A DNA stretch of 64,000 nt from Octopus vulgaris (GCA_951406725.2 OX597821.1:34782001-34846000), one strand, 5' to 3'. Shown: positions 27,317 to 39,318, counted from the stretch's first letter. The notes: generated by a model not told the origin, from the letters alone. A program made the numbers and translations.

Positions 27317-27374
27317 ATCGGAAAAATGTTATGAACCTTTGTTTAGCAGTCATTTTCATAGCATTTTTTCCGAT

Positions 27375-27446
27375 GGCCGGATAACTGAAGAGATGGCGGC
27401 GTGGATTTCCACCACGGCATCCGAAACTCGGAGTTTTATCATGGCT
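27375..27446 (+). ncRNA. Type-I hammerhead ribozyme motif (mirror copy)
   Basis: CTGAAGA at 27385-27391, GAAA at 27423-27426, CTCGGAG-TT, then TTATC pairing with the upstream GATAA. Confidence 0.7.
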
Positions 27447-28331
27447 ACAGAATAATTGTCACATATTACATATATATATGTATATTATTTTGGTCGAGTC
27501 AGTCTCTTTGTACTCTGAGTTTCACCTGTCACAACTTGTTTGGAGATCCCGACCTGCCCAGAGTAGGAAGAAAGTGACTTGACCCAAATAAAGTAATTTC
27601 CATTTCTCCCATGGTTAGAACTAGTTTTTCGGACAGTCCACACGCTATATAATACACACACAAATGTGTGTGTGTATTGTGTTGGCGTATTTACTAATAC
27701 TTTGGCTCAGATGCACATTACCCAAAGTTTCATAGACATAGGACGCGTTGAACATTTACTGAAAAAGACATCTTACAACCACGAAACTTTAAGTAACGCG
27801 CACCCGTCTCAAACTGTTATCAAACGTATGTAACATCAATCTAATGTCTTAACTGTTACTTTTATTGTATTCACCCCATTCACAGGCGTATAGCTTGTAA
27901 AGTTTTGCTACCAACACGGTATACAATTCACAATACATCTACTAGATTTGACAAATATTTAGTAATTAAAATCTATTGCCTGTGTAACGATTTTTTTATC
28001 GATCTGGTATTAGTTTGATGCCAGTTCTATCATTCAATTAAGAAAGCTTATTTGAAAAGTTAAAGCTGGTTTGGTGCTTATAATTCCGGTTGTTCAGTCG
28101 GTCTTTATTTAAGAGTTATATCTAACTAGCCAATTACTTCCCAGTTTGGTGGATAATGACTGTAAACGAAGATCGACTGACTGACTCAAAGGAAGTAGGA
28201 ACTCTGAACACGTCAGACAGCTTTGCTTTTCAGTATCTATCAATCCAATCCAAACAAACCTGGACCGTGCAAAATTTGCACTAATGTCAATAGATATGTA
28301 GTTATTTGACTTACTTATCTCTCTCTCTCTC

Positions 28332-28374
<43 letters not shown>

Positions 28375-28498
28375 CATACATACATACGCACGTGCATATT
28401 CCACATATCAAAAGTATAAAAGCATAGAATGTGTTCACATTATTTCTCTCACATCCAGGCTGTATGACTGATATATGTTATATATGTGTATGCATATA

Positions 28499-28542
<44 letters not shown>

Positions 28543-28550
28543 TTATAGAA

Positions 28551-28689
28551 TTCTTTAACAAGAACAGTATTGACAGCCATTGACAGCTGCCACGATGTTT
28601 CGGACAGCTAAGTCATCATCGGACAGACTGTTGATGGCTTAACTGCCAAAAACATTGAAGTTACTGTCAACAACATTCTTTACAAAGAA
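28551..28689. repeat. Degenerate fold-back with hammerhead-like remnants on both arms
   Basis: Minus strand CCGAUGA-U-GAC-uuagcu-GUC-C-GAAA-CAUCG; plus strand CUGUUGA-UGGC-uuaacu-GCCA-AAAA-CAUUG. Confidence 0.5.
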
Positions 28690-28821
28690 AGCTAAATTTG
28701 TACTCTAAAAAGTATATTGAGTACTCTAAAAATATATATTCGCCTTAATGTAAAATTGGCTGTACTATAGCTTAACATAAAAACAAGCAAACACACACTA
28801 TCTCTCTCTCACTCTCTCTCT

Positions 28822-28870
<49 letters not shown>

Positions 28871-28874
28871 AATA

Positions 28875-29086
28875 TATAAGTAAATAAATGGAGTTGAACG
28901 AATATGCTATTAAAATTCTTTTACTTTCGACAATGTTTCCAAGACAACATGGTTTTATTCCAAAGGAATAAACGGTGTAAAATGCAATCTTCTCAACAAC
29001 AAGACATTATAACAATTACGATGATTGCCTAAATGATAAACACAATTTTAATAACATCTTCGTTCAACTCCATTTATTTACTTATA
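28875..29086. repeat. Fold-back element (28-bp perfect IR, extending imperfectly) with a degenerate long-stem-II hammerhead-like motif
   Basis: TATAAGTAAATAAATGGAGTTGAACGAA versus TTCGTTCAACTCCATTTATTTACTTATA. The interior is related to 3020-3106. Confidence 0.65.
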
Positions 29087-29289
29087 ATACACTAAATTAC
29101 TGCACATTAACCCGGAGTTTCTACCTTCATCCGTGTTACTTGCGTGAATTTTGCTACCCTGGTAACTGTTTATTGAATTTTCCATGTTTACGGTAAACAA
29201 AGGATAATTCATTCATCCATTTAAATATATATATATATTTCTATATATAATTAAATCTCAGAATGAGATTGAAACAGTAATCGCTCGAT

Positions 29290-29597
29290 AATGTAAAGTA
29301 TAGAAGCCATCTTATCATGGCTAACCACATAGGGGAGGGGGTGTTACTGTAGCTTTAAAGCCCCAAGAGATCGTCGTCTCTAGCTGGCTTTAGACACCAT
29401 ATCAGTGCCGTTGAAGTATTTGCAAAGGGAGGCCATCCCTTCCTCGCAAGCCTGAGTGATACGCTCGAACTAGTTTCGGGATTTTTGTCCCTTGTCAACG
29501 GGCGGTAACCACCAGGTTGCGATGAAAGTGAAGGCCTCCTTGCAAAATATATAAGAGTGTGGTTAGCCATGATAAGATGGCTTCTATACTTTACATT
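29290..29597. mobile_element. Element of about 310 bp with 39-bp perfect inverted repeats, enclosing a hammerhead motif
   Basis: AATGTAAAGTATAGAAGCCATCTTATCATGGCTAACCAC versus GTGGTTAGCCATGATAAGATGGCTTCTATACTTTACATT; next to (TA)n. Confidence 0.8.
29462..29504 (-). ncRNA. Minimal type-I hammerhead ribozyme motif with a mutated core
   Basis: CGCCCG-UUGACAA-GGGA-caaaaa-UCCC-GAAA-CUAG-UU-CGAGCG. Stem I is 5/6 bp, stem II is 4 bp, stem III is palindromic CUAG. C3U and G8A substitutions. Confidence 0.7.
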
Positions 29598-29649
29598 TTA
29601 TATATATATATATATACATAAATATATATATACATAAATATATATATAC

Positions 29650-29680
<31 letters not shown>

Positions 29681-29774
29681 CTCTCCGAATGCATAGCAAA
29701 CATCTTGTCTCCTTAATAGATCTGTGCACTACTCCAAACACGCGCATCGTACTATTACAATCCTCCTACGCACA

Positions 29775-29895
29775 CTAGCGTATGTAACCTGATGAGGTTT
29801 CTTCTGCACTATGGAGTGTATTCGATTCCATTATATCGTTCCTCATTTACTAGGGAGCAATGCAGTTATATAATCTGAAACGATCATCATGCTAA
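29775..29895 (+). ncRNA. Hammerhead-like motif with extended stem II
   Basis: CTGATGA at 29789-29795, internal CTGCA/TGCAG stem, GAAA at 29877-29880, then CGATCA-TC. Stem I pairing (TAGCGT/ATGCTA) is offset from the core. Confidence 0.45.
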
Positions 29896-30029
29896 ATAAA
29901 GCTTAACGTACACACTATCTTCCCTATCAGTTATTTGAAACATGTATGTATGAATGTAAGTGTTCGTAACCGTCTGTGTGACTCTGAATGTAAGGAAATT
30001 AATTAAACTTAATGAAATTAAGGGAATAC

Positions 30030-30463
30030 CTTGGATGTCGATGTTTCTTTGGTCGCTTTTTTGCTTGGGATGGTTACGTAAAATGGTGGGTTAGTTCTAC
30101 GAGTTGTAGTAGCAGTAGTAGTGGTAGTTGGAATAGTAGTAGTAGTGGGCTTGGGGGTGGTGGTAGTAGTGGTAGTAGTAATAGTTGTGGCCTCAGTTGG
30201 GGTGGTAATGGTGGTAGAAGTGGTGGCAGATGAAGTAGAAGTTGTAGTAGAGATGATGAATGGGGTTGTAGTGGTAGTAGCAGTGGTTTTAGCACCAAAT
30301 ATTGATCCCTTAAATGTGGTCCAAATGGTGCTCGTTGCAGCGGTGGTGGTTATAGCAGCGCTAGAGCGAACAGTCGAACGACGTTTCGGTCGCTGGGTTC
30401 GCGTCGGCTTCACCTGGTTATCGGTTGACACTGGTGGTACAACGGTGTTTGGATTGAGATCGT
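30030..30463 (-). CDS. Host gene exon: Thr/Ser/Pro-rich mucin-like stalk
   Basis: Acceptor attatttcag|AC GAT (phase 1, matching the preceding LDLa exon), donor AAG|gtattc (phase 0). Peptide DDLNPNTVVPPVSTDNQVKPTRTQRPKRR...TTTPKPTTTTIPTTT...KETSTSK, with mixed Thr codons. Confidence 0.8.
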
Positions 30464-30467
30464 CTGA

Positions 30468-30539
<72 letters not shown>

Positions 30540-30558
30540 AATAATAATAATAATAATA
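30468..30558. repeat. (AAT)n(GAT)n(AAT)n trinucleotide repeat abutting the 3' splice site
   Basis: Directly visible; it explains the poly-Ile/Met ORF artefacts. Confidence 0.95.
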
Positions 30559-31237
30559 AAGAAGGTTTTAAATTTTGGCACAAGACCAGCAATACCGGGG
30601 GAGGGGGTAAGTCGATTAGATCTACTCCAGTGTTCAAATGATGCTTATTTTATCAACACCCAAAGGATGAAAGGCAAAGTCGACCTCGGCGGAATTTGAA
30701 CTCAGAACCGTCAAGACGAAGAAATGTCGCTAAGCATTTTGCCCGGCGTGTTAACGTATCTGCCTTATAAAGTAAGAGAAAAATTCTTTTCTACTCTAGG
30801 CACAAGGCCCGAAAATTTTTGAGGAGAGGGCCAGTCGATTAGATCAGCCTCAGTACGTAACTGGTACTTAATTTATCGACGCCGAAAGGATGAATGGCAA
30901 AGTCGACCTCAGCAGATTTGAACTCAAACCGTAAAGACGAAGAAATGCTACTAAGCATTTTACTCGGCGTGCTAACGATTCTGCCAGCTCGCCATAATAA
31001 AAAATATATATAATAATGATGATGACGTCGACGACGACGTTTTGAATATTTGCATAAGACCAATAATTTCGAAGGACGAGGGAAATCAATTACATCAACC
31101 GCCATAATTCGACTGATACTCGTTCTCCTCCCCCACTTTTTGTTTTTTACTTGACTGGCAATTTATTTTATCGAGGCCTGAAGGGTGAATACCAAAGTTT
31201 ACCTTAGTGAGAATTGAACTCAGAATACATATAAAAT

Positions 31238-31486
31238 AATAAATGCGCCCTTTTAAAGCCTAGCCAGGCTCATGGACCCAGTTTCCCGGTTTCTATGGCG
31301 AATGTGTTTCCCAGCTGGATGGGACGCCAGTCCATCGCAGCGTTACTCACTTTTGCCAGCTGAGTGAAGGGGAGCAACGTGAAATGAAGTGTTTTGCTCA
31401 AGAACACAACGCGTCGCCCGGTCCAGGAATCGAAACCACAATCTTACGATCATGATGCTGACACCCTAACCACTAAGACACGCGCG
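31238..31486 (-). mobile_element. tRNA-derived SINE family 3 (V-domain-like)
   Basis: GCGATGGACTGGCGTCCCATCCAG motif; near-identical plus-strand copy at 47568-47820 and a partial copy near 19525-19650. Confidence 0.78.
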
Positions 31487-32590
31487 ACCCCACCAGGATA
31501 CATATATTTGTTAGTAACTAACGCATAATAGCATTTTGTTCGCCACTGTAACAACTCTGTTGAACTAATTCTAACGAATACTACATTGTAAAAAATATAA
31601 CATAATAAACCACAGGAATATAAAATTGTTAACAGAATACACAGACAATAGCTAGCGATTACAAATATATGACTGAACGAGTGCATATATAATGGTTACA
31701 TTGCTGAAGTATTTAAATTTATTCATTTAAGTACTAGGAAGCTATTAGTTGTGATAAAGAATTATATAAGAATGCAAATAATATCATTCTATACTTTCGT
31801 TGTGTGTGTGGGAAAAAAACATGTTTTCGTCCTCCTTATTTGTTAAAATATTCAATTATAGTTTTCTTATTATGCTTATTTATATTTTACTATCAATATT
31901 TGTTACTAAATAAATGCTGCAACGACGATAACAGACTAAATATGCGTAAAGAATAACAGTATTAACAGCAGTGACATCAAGGAGATAAGCAACAATAATA
32001 GTTATTGTATCGAATGACATTGAGAATAGTAACAACGAAACACAATAAATAACAACGACAACAGCAACAACAACAACAACAACAACAACAATCACAACAA
32101 CAATAGCAATAACGGCAGCCATCACAACAACGATGACATCAACAACTATTGGATATTTAGTAATAGCAACTACACTAACAGGAACAACATTAGCAACACC
32201 AGTAGCAATGGTTAGATCACCGTTGCTGGTATACAAGGAAAAAGAAGAGGAAGTAGAAGGTAAGGAAGAGTCTGAAGAGATCGGTAAAACAAGCTGTTGT
32301 AATCCAACGTCGGACTGTTATAACGTCCAGTCCAGTATAGCAGTATAGTTAGACAAGGAAGACACGACTGTCTATGACTGACTACCTCGACTTTCTTGAC
32401 GTCACAGTATTTGTAACGACTAACACATACTACTCGTCACGTGGGAGGGGTGTTCCATTATTATTATTATTATCCCAATAACCCAAAAAAAAACACTGAA
32501 AGCAACAACAAACGCCAGAACTTCAATAGTAACAAATGCAGCAAGAACAAATAGAATCGATACAGCCATGGTTATACATACATACATACA

Positions 32591-32621
<31 letters not shown>

Positions 32622-32945
32622 TTAAAAAATAACCCGTTGATGCTGAAATTCCAATGAAGGGTCTTGGATTTAGACTAGAAACCGAATCTCTTTGTTGACA
32701 AGAATTCTTGAAATAAAACGGAATAATGAGATATATAGATACATACAGACATGTGTGTGTGTGTGTGTGCGTATGTGTGTGTATGCATGTATGTGTATGT
32801 GTTGCTCTCCAACCACTTTGTTGCGTGTTCAGTTCCATTGCGTGGCACCTTGGGCAAAGTGTTTTCTACTGTAGCCTCGTGTCGATTAAAGCCTTGCGAG
32901 TGAATTTCGTAGATAGTAATATGTGCGTGTATGTATGTGTGTGTA

Positions 32946-33005
<60 letters not shown>

Positions 33006-33173
33006 TGTGTTTTGGTGTGTCTATGTTCCTGTAGATTAGCGTTTCGGCAAAAGAGACCGAATAAGCACCAGGCTTAAAAGAAAATAAGAACTGAAGTTTC
33101 TTTGAGGTGGCGGTCAAGCATGGCTGCAGTCTAGTGACCGAAGCAAGCAAAAGATATAAGTAAAATATATATA

Positions 33174-33296
33174 TGTAGACGAGCATAGGCTCGAAACATA
33201 AAAGGCTTTTTTCTATTCCTGAGCGTTATACTAATACATCTGTTTGTTTTGTACATCACCTGTCTTCGTCTTTTGTTTTTTTCGTAAACTCTCCCT
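33174..33296 (+). repeat. Penelope-like repeat fragment with minimal hammerhead remnant (GAGC-atag-GCTC-GAAA-CA-TA); related copies at about 19700-19861 (+) and 41670-41790 (-)
   Basis: Shared GGCTCGAAAC.TAAAAG.CTTT...CTAATACA.CTG...CACCTGTCTTCGTCTT; each copy sits in (TA)n or (CA)n. Confidence 0.6.
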
Positions 33297-33533
33297 ATAT
33301 ATATATATATAATATATTATATATGAATGTATAGATATGTTTGAATCTATATTATGGTGACTGAGGTGAATAACTTAGGGGCACCGTCAGTATGAAATGC
33401 AATAGCTGAGTGAGTACTAAAAACTTGATGTAGTGAATAAAAAAAAAAAAGAAAAGTTCAGTAAATCATTTAATAATTAGAGGTGGGACAATATACATTC
33501 AATAATAAATATTGCGAAAATACGGCGACTCAC

Positions 33534-33659
33534 CACTGTCGTTACAAGACTTTTCATCCATTCCGTTGAGACAATCCGGTTCACCGTCACACAACCATTC
33601 TTTTGATATGCAGTTGCCATCGCCGCAAGAGACTTCGTTGTGTTGACAGTTCTGGTTAC
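33534..33659 (-). CDS. Host gene exon: LDL-receptor class A repeat (third in window)
   Basis: ctctttag|GT AAC ... AGT G|gtgagt; 126 nt, phase 1-1; [35 protein letters not shown] with six Cys and acidic Ca-binding motif. Confidence 0.95.
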
Positions 33660-33789
33660 CTAAAGAGAAGGAAAAACAAAAACAAAACACGAAATTAAAG
33701 AACTCCTTAAAAAGGAGACAGCATAAACAACTTAGATGCGACATAAAATGCTGCCCTGTGTAACAATACTCTTTTCTCTTTGGCTGTAT

Positions 33790-34203
33790 TACTCTTTTAC
33801 TCTTTTACTTGTTTCAGTCATTTGACTGCGGCCATGCTGCAGCACCGCCTTTAGACGAGGAAATCGCCCCCCCCCTCTAGGACTTATTCTTTGTAAGCCT
33901 AGTACTTATTTTATCGGTCTCTTTTGCCGAACCGCTAAGTGACGGGGACGTAAACACACCAGCATCGGTTGTCAAGCGATGTTGGGGGGGGGGGACAAAC
34001 ACAGACACACAAACACACACACATATATATATATATATACGACGGGCTTCTTTCAGTTTCCGTCTACCAAATTCACTCACAAGGCTTTGGTTGGCCCGAG
34101 GCTATAGTAGAAGACACTTGCCCAAGGTGCCACGCAGTGGAATGAACCCGGAACCATGTGGTTGGTAAGCAAGCTACTTACCACACAGCCACTCCTGCGC
34201 CTA
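33790..34203 (-). mobile_element. SINE family 1, full length
   Basis: High identity to other copies. Confidence 0.88.
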
Positions 34204-35157
34204 TGTATTGCAAGTATTCAAACTACGTTCTTGGTCTCAGCACATATTCCTCAATTCCTCTTACCAACAATGGAGGCTACAGAATGGATACGGGTAGTGG
34301 TCTTTCTTAACTGAATAAGCGATAGCGGAAAACAAAATATTAAAAAAACAAAAACAAAAGAAAAATGCAGCCCTAGAGATGACGTTATTTTGTCCCAGGT
34401 CAAGCCATGAATATCCTACTATTATATATAACTATTTCTTTATTACCCACAAGGAGCTAAACATAGAGGAGACAAACATGGACAGACATAGGTATTAAGT
34501 CGATTATATCGACCCCAGTGCTTAACTGGTACTTAATTTATCGACCCCGAAAGGATGAAAGGCAAAGTCGACCTCGGCGGAATTTGAACTCACAACGTAA
34601 CGGCAGCCGAAATACCGCTAAGCATTTCGCCCGACATGCTAACGATTCTGCTAGCTCGCCGACTACTATTATATATAACATGAACTGCATTGTCCAATGT
34701 ATTCATTATTTGAGCCAGTAGAGTTCGATTAAAGAGGTTTGTTACTTCTAGCATATAGATGATCTCATTGGATTGCTTTAGTGATATTCAGCATCGATAA
34801 ATACCCGTTAACGAAACAATGTGAGAGTTTCTACGCGATCTCATTATTCATATGTTTAAGAGTTTTCTTCTTCCAGTAATCCACGTGGCCCTCTATTCGC
34901 TACAAATAAATAAATAATCTTTTCTACTCTAGGCACAAAGTCCGAAATTTTTGGGTCGGGAGCTAGTCGATTAGATCGACTCCAGTACGCAATTGGTACT
35001 TAATTTATCAACCCCGAAAGATGAAAGGCAAAGACGACCTCGGCGGAATACAAACAAATAAATAATGGTCTAAGCATGACTTTGACCTTTTCAAACCAAA
35101 TTTGAATTTAAACCTTAAACAGATAAGCTGAAACGATTTAATATGGTAGTAAAAGGT

Positions 35158-35411
35158 AATTATATATTTATTGATTTTTTTACTAGGAAACAGTTGACTG
35201 TAACTTAGAAGCATCGGGCTCGCCGTCGCGTCGGTACGCGCGGCCCGACCCCTCCACGCGTGGGGTCAGTCGTCCCTCCGCGACGCGCGGCAGGTGTTCG
35301 GCCGGCGGCGAACAGTCGATTCGGAACTGGTCTTTTTTGAGAAAACCCATGAAAGATAGATAGATAGATAGACAGACAGACTTTTGTCGGTAGATAATAA
35401 TTGCATGTTTT
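35158..35411 (+). repeat. Repeat with a GC-rich 28S rRNA-like core; inverted partner at 37733-38035
   Basis: The two copies are near-identical reverse complements except for (GATA)n length and a few substitutions. Confidence 0.9.
35211..35331 (+). pseudogene. Probable 28S rRNA-derived fragment (3' part of the D8 expansion segment into the conserved AGAACTGGT motif)
   Basis: CGGCCGGCGGCGAACAGTCGATTCGGAACTGGT resembles metazoan 28S CGGCCGGCGCCTAGCAGCCGACTTAGAACTGGT (recalled sequence). It is preceded by CpG-rich hairpins. Confidence 0.55.
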
Positions 35412-36589
35412 CGGCTGATTAATATCTGCTGATTCGGCTGATTAATATCTGTCATCCATCTGAATGAACTAATTTACAGATTTGTGTTTTTCTTTTCCCG
35501 TACCTTAACTCATTTAACCATTTCTCATTGTTTGCATTTCCTTAAGTCTTGAAAGTTTCTTTAAACATTTAAAGTTACAATATATTCGAAACCTGCTTAT
35601 CGAAATATCGAAACCTGCTTATCGAATATATTCGAAATACGCTTTATACATTTCGTTTACAGTCCTGACAAGTAATTACATTAAAACCTTTGTTCCATCT
35701 CTTCATTTACATGTCTGTCTATTGCAAATTCTATATCGTTTCTTTACTTTTCAATCTATATTCATTACCTTAGCTACATACAGCCTTTTCCTAGCTTAAA
35801 TTAAATTTATTAAAGACCCCATATTTTAATATTTTGATTATACTGTCAGGATCCGAATGTCATATATTTTGAGGTTCTTGTCTACTTTTAATTGATGTAT
35901 ATTCAACTTTTGTTTACTCAATTTACAATTTTCTTGGAGAATTTACTTTAGAAATTAAAGCACTTCGTATATGAAAACGTTCTTCAATAAGCTTTCCTTA
36001 TTTTTTCGGTATTCGTTTCCTAGTCTTTTACAACCCCAGGAATAACAGCGATGTTTATGGTTGTATTATACGTTCCGTTACTGGTAACCAATCTGCGGTA
36101 ACCAGGAAATGACCTCTGTTGATTGTTGTAAATGAATATTTTTCAATGAATATTTCAATGAGTAGTTACAGATATTTTCCTTTTTCTTGTGTTATTAAAT
36201 TACAGAAGGCTTATATTTTAAAATCTGTTTACATTTTATCGTATACTCTTTGCAGAAATGAGAGGATCTTTGGAATTTGCAGACCCACGAGGATTTAAAA
36301 AAACTGCTTTCCCTCCATCAATCCTTAGTCAATGTTTTTCTGCGTTATTATCATGGTAGTGGTCTATTTAAGGTTTCCGTTGTGGTTTTACAGAGAGATC
36401 TTTGGAGTTTACCATATTTTGGAATATTACTGTTCATTTTGAGATTCCTTAACCAAGACTGACAAAGTTGTAAGGTCAAGAAGTTTGTTTCCAAATCACA
36501 TGGTTTCCGGTTCAGTCGCAGTGAGTTGCGCATCCTCGGCGTGGCCAAAGCCTGGGTGGATCTGGTCGATAGAAACTAACATAGAAAAC

Positions 36590-36653
<64 letters not shown>

Positions 36654-37732
36654 GTGTGTGTGTGTGTATGTCTCCTTGTCTTGACATCGCGTGAGAAATG
36701 TAGACAAACATCACTGTCATACAAGTGGTGTCTCACGCATCCAATCCTCAGCGAAAATAGAGTCTGTCCATAGAGAAATACTATCTTGCTTGGAAATAAC
36801 CGAGGATTGGTGATAGAAAAAGAATTCAGCTACTTCCCACAAAAAAATAAATGAAGAAAAGAAATGTCTGCAGGGGAATTCTGATGTATGGAAAAGTGGA
36901 CGATAAAACGACGATGACGATAAAGATAGTGATGAGTGAGTAGTATCGTGGTAGATCGTCTTGCACTTTCGTTTACGACAGAACTCACGGAACTTTCATT
37001 TCCTCATAACCTCTCTTCAAGAATCTACGCATATTTTTTGCACCAACCTCTCACTTTTATTTCGTTATTATTCAACTGAATCTTTAACAAATTCTCATTT
37101 ACGAAATCACATTTAGACAATACTTGTTCTATTCTACGGTGTGCCTTGTTTCGATTCAGAATGTTTCTTCATTGATTACGAATAAATCCACATGCATGCT
37201 TTACGTTTCCCACAGCAGAGTCATATCCCGGCTTCAGAATGAGAGAGAGAGAAATAATTCTGTTCTTTCCTACTAAAAAAAAAAAAAACTGTTTTCACTA
37301 GAATTATCTACGTGTTTTTCAGCTGTTTTATAATTCATTATATCTCTCTTTCCACACATATAGAGCATGTTCTTGAATGCATTAGAGAATATGACTAAAA
37401 CATTTTGCCAAAAGTTCATTTTATATTTAATATCATTAAGTGATTATTTTATGTTAGGGAAGAGAAGTCCTTAACATTCCAGTGAGTATAAAGGGCGATT
37501 TAATCACGTTCCGCCTTCTCCAAAATGTGTGGTTTTGTGCTTATGTTGTCGAAAATAGTACCTACTACTACTACTACTATTACTACTACTACTACTCTGT
37601 GTAAGATGTTTTTATGTTACCCCAGCTTTTGTAAAGGGTTGTTGGTATCTATCGTATGTTGTTACCCTTAAGGTAATTAAAGAAATCAATTCCGTTTTCA
37701 TCATCATCACCACTATTATATATATATGAAAA

Positions 37733-37775
37733 AAAAACATGCAATTATTATCTACCGACAAATGTCTGTCTGTCC

Positions 37776-37827
<52 letters not shown>

Positions 37828-38035
37828 GTCTATCTATCTTTCATGGGTTTTCTCAAAAAAGACCAGTTCCTAATCGATTGTTCGCCGCCGGCCGAACGCC
37901 TGCCGCGCGTCGCGGAGGGATGACTGACCCCACGCGTGGAGGGGTCGGGCCGCGCGTACCGACGCGACGGCGAGCCTGATGCTTCTAAGTTACAGTCAAC
38001 TGTTTCCTAGTAAAAAAATCAATAAATATATAATT
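37733..38035 (-). repeat. Inverted second copy of the 28S-like repeat
   Basis: Reverse complement of 35158-35411. Confidence 0.9.
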
Positions 38036-38324
38036 TAATATTGAGTAATCTTTCAGATTTATATTAAATTGTTTTTACATAATTTCATATAAAACCGAAC
38101 ATACATGCACACATCTATATGTATATATTGTATGTATAGATATTCATAGGCGTAGGAGTGGCTTTGTGGTAAGTAGCTTGCTTACGAATCATATAGTTCC
38201 GAGTTCAGTCCCACTGCGTGGCACCTTGGACAAGTGTCTTCTACTATAGCCTTGGGCCGACCGAAGCCTTGTGAGTAGATTTGGTAGACGGAAACTGAAA
38301 GAAACCCGTCGTATATATGTATAT

Positions 38325-38378
<54 letters not shown>

Positions 38379-38521
38379 ATGAAAAGGAACGACGACCTCG
38401 AACCCACAAGAGTAAATAAGAGAGACAGAGAAAGGCAGAAACAAGGAAAATGCCACTTATATTTGAACACTATACAAATATTCTTTTTAAAAAAACTTTT
38501 CTAAATTTAAGTATTTAATTG

Positions 38522-38563
38522 TTACAGTTGAAAAGGTCTCAATGACTGGAACCGGCACTGAAA
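38522..38563 (+). ncRNA. Degenerate minimal hammerhead motif within an insert of about 240 bp in the (TA)n of a family-1 SINE
   Basis: UUACAG-UUGAAAA-GGUC-ucaau-GACU-GGAA-CCGG-CA-CUGAAA; the stems are conserved and the core is mutated. Confidence 0.45.
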
Positions 38564-38608
38564 TGTTCTTTATAAAATTATTTTAGCATTTTCTATCCTG
38601 AATTGTTT

Positions 38609-38674
<66 letters not shown>

Positions 38675-39261
38675 ATGTGTGTGTGTGTGTATTTGTATAT
38701 GTTTGTGTGTCTGTGTTTGTCCCCCCCAACTTCGCTTGACAACCGATGCTGGTGTGTTTACGTCTCCGTAACTTAGCGGTTCGTCAAAAGAGACAGATAG
38801 AATAAGTACTAGACTTACAGAGAATAAGTCCTGGTCGATTTTCTCAACTAAAGGCGGTGCTCCAGCATGGCCACAGTCACATGACAGAAACAAGTAAAAG
38901 AGTAAAAGAGACTATACGCCCATGTTATGTGCATGCACACAAATATATGGCTGGAATATATTTCCGTCTACGAAGTTACACTCACGATGTGAACCTATTC
39001 CAAATACCAGCGAAGTGGGATCGAGTTCAGAAGCTAAGGTTGCAAAGCAAACGCCTTAAACACGCAGTTATACCTGCGTCCATTTTACTTACATACTTCG
39101 ACGTTCTAGTTTTAAAATTCTACCATATTGGGGACGGAGATCAATTTAATGGATTGCCCACCTCCTCGAAACTTTGTGGCCATGTGCCAATGTTACAAAT
39201 CAATATTTTTTTTGTCATAGCCTCCTATTTGTTAACTTAGGCATAATGAATATTTTTACAC

Positions 39262-39318
<57 letters not shown>

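Larger units (their letters stand above)
27150..27471. mobile_element. Fold-back element in (TA)n with arms of about 116 bp, each carrying a hammerhead motif (Penelope-like derivative)
   Basis: Arms at about 27220-27335 and 27355-27471 are reverse complements. A related shorter copy lies at 48240-48450. Confidence 0.8.

Noticed and set aside
30121-30699. 192-aa Val-rich plus-strand ORF
   Set aside because: Antisense of the Thr-rich exon plus trinucleotide repeat and SINE sequence.
31880-32348. Val/Thr-rich ORFs
   Set aside because: Degenerate (AAC/AGC/AAT)n simple repeat; no convincing splice sites.
35240-35320. HDV-like ribozyme suggested by CCTCCACGCGTGG and GGCGAA
   Set aside because: Could not assemble the P1/P2/P3 nested pseudoknot; an rRNA expansion-segment origin explains the hairpins better.
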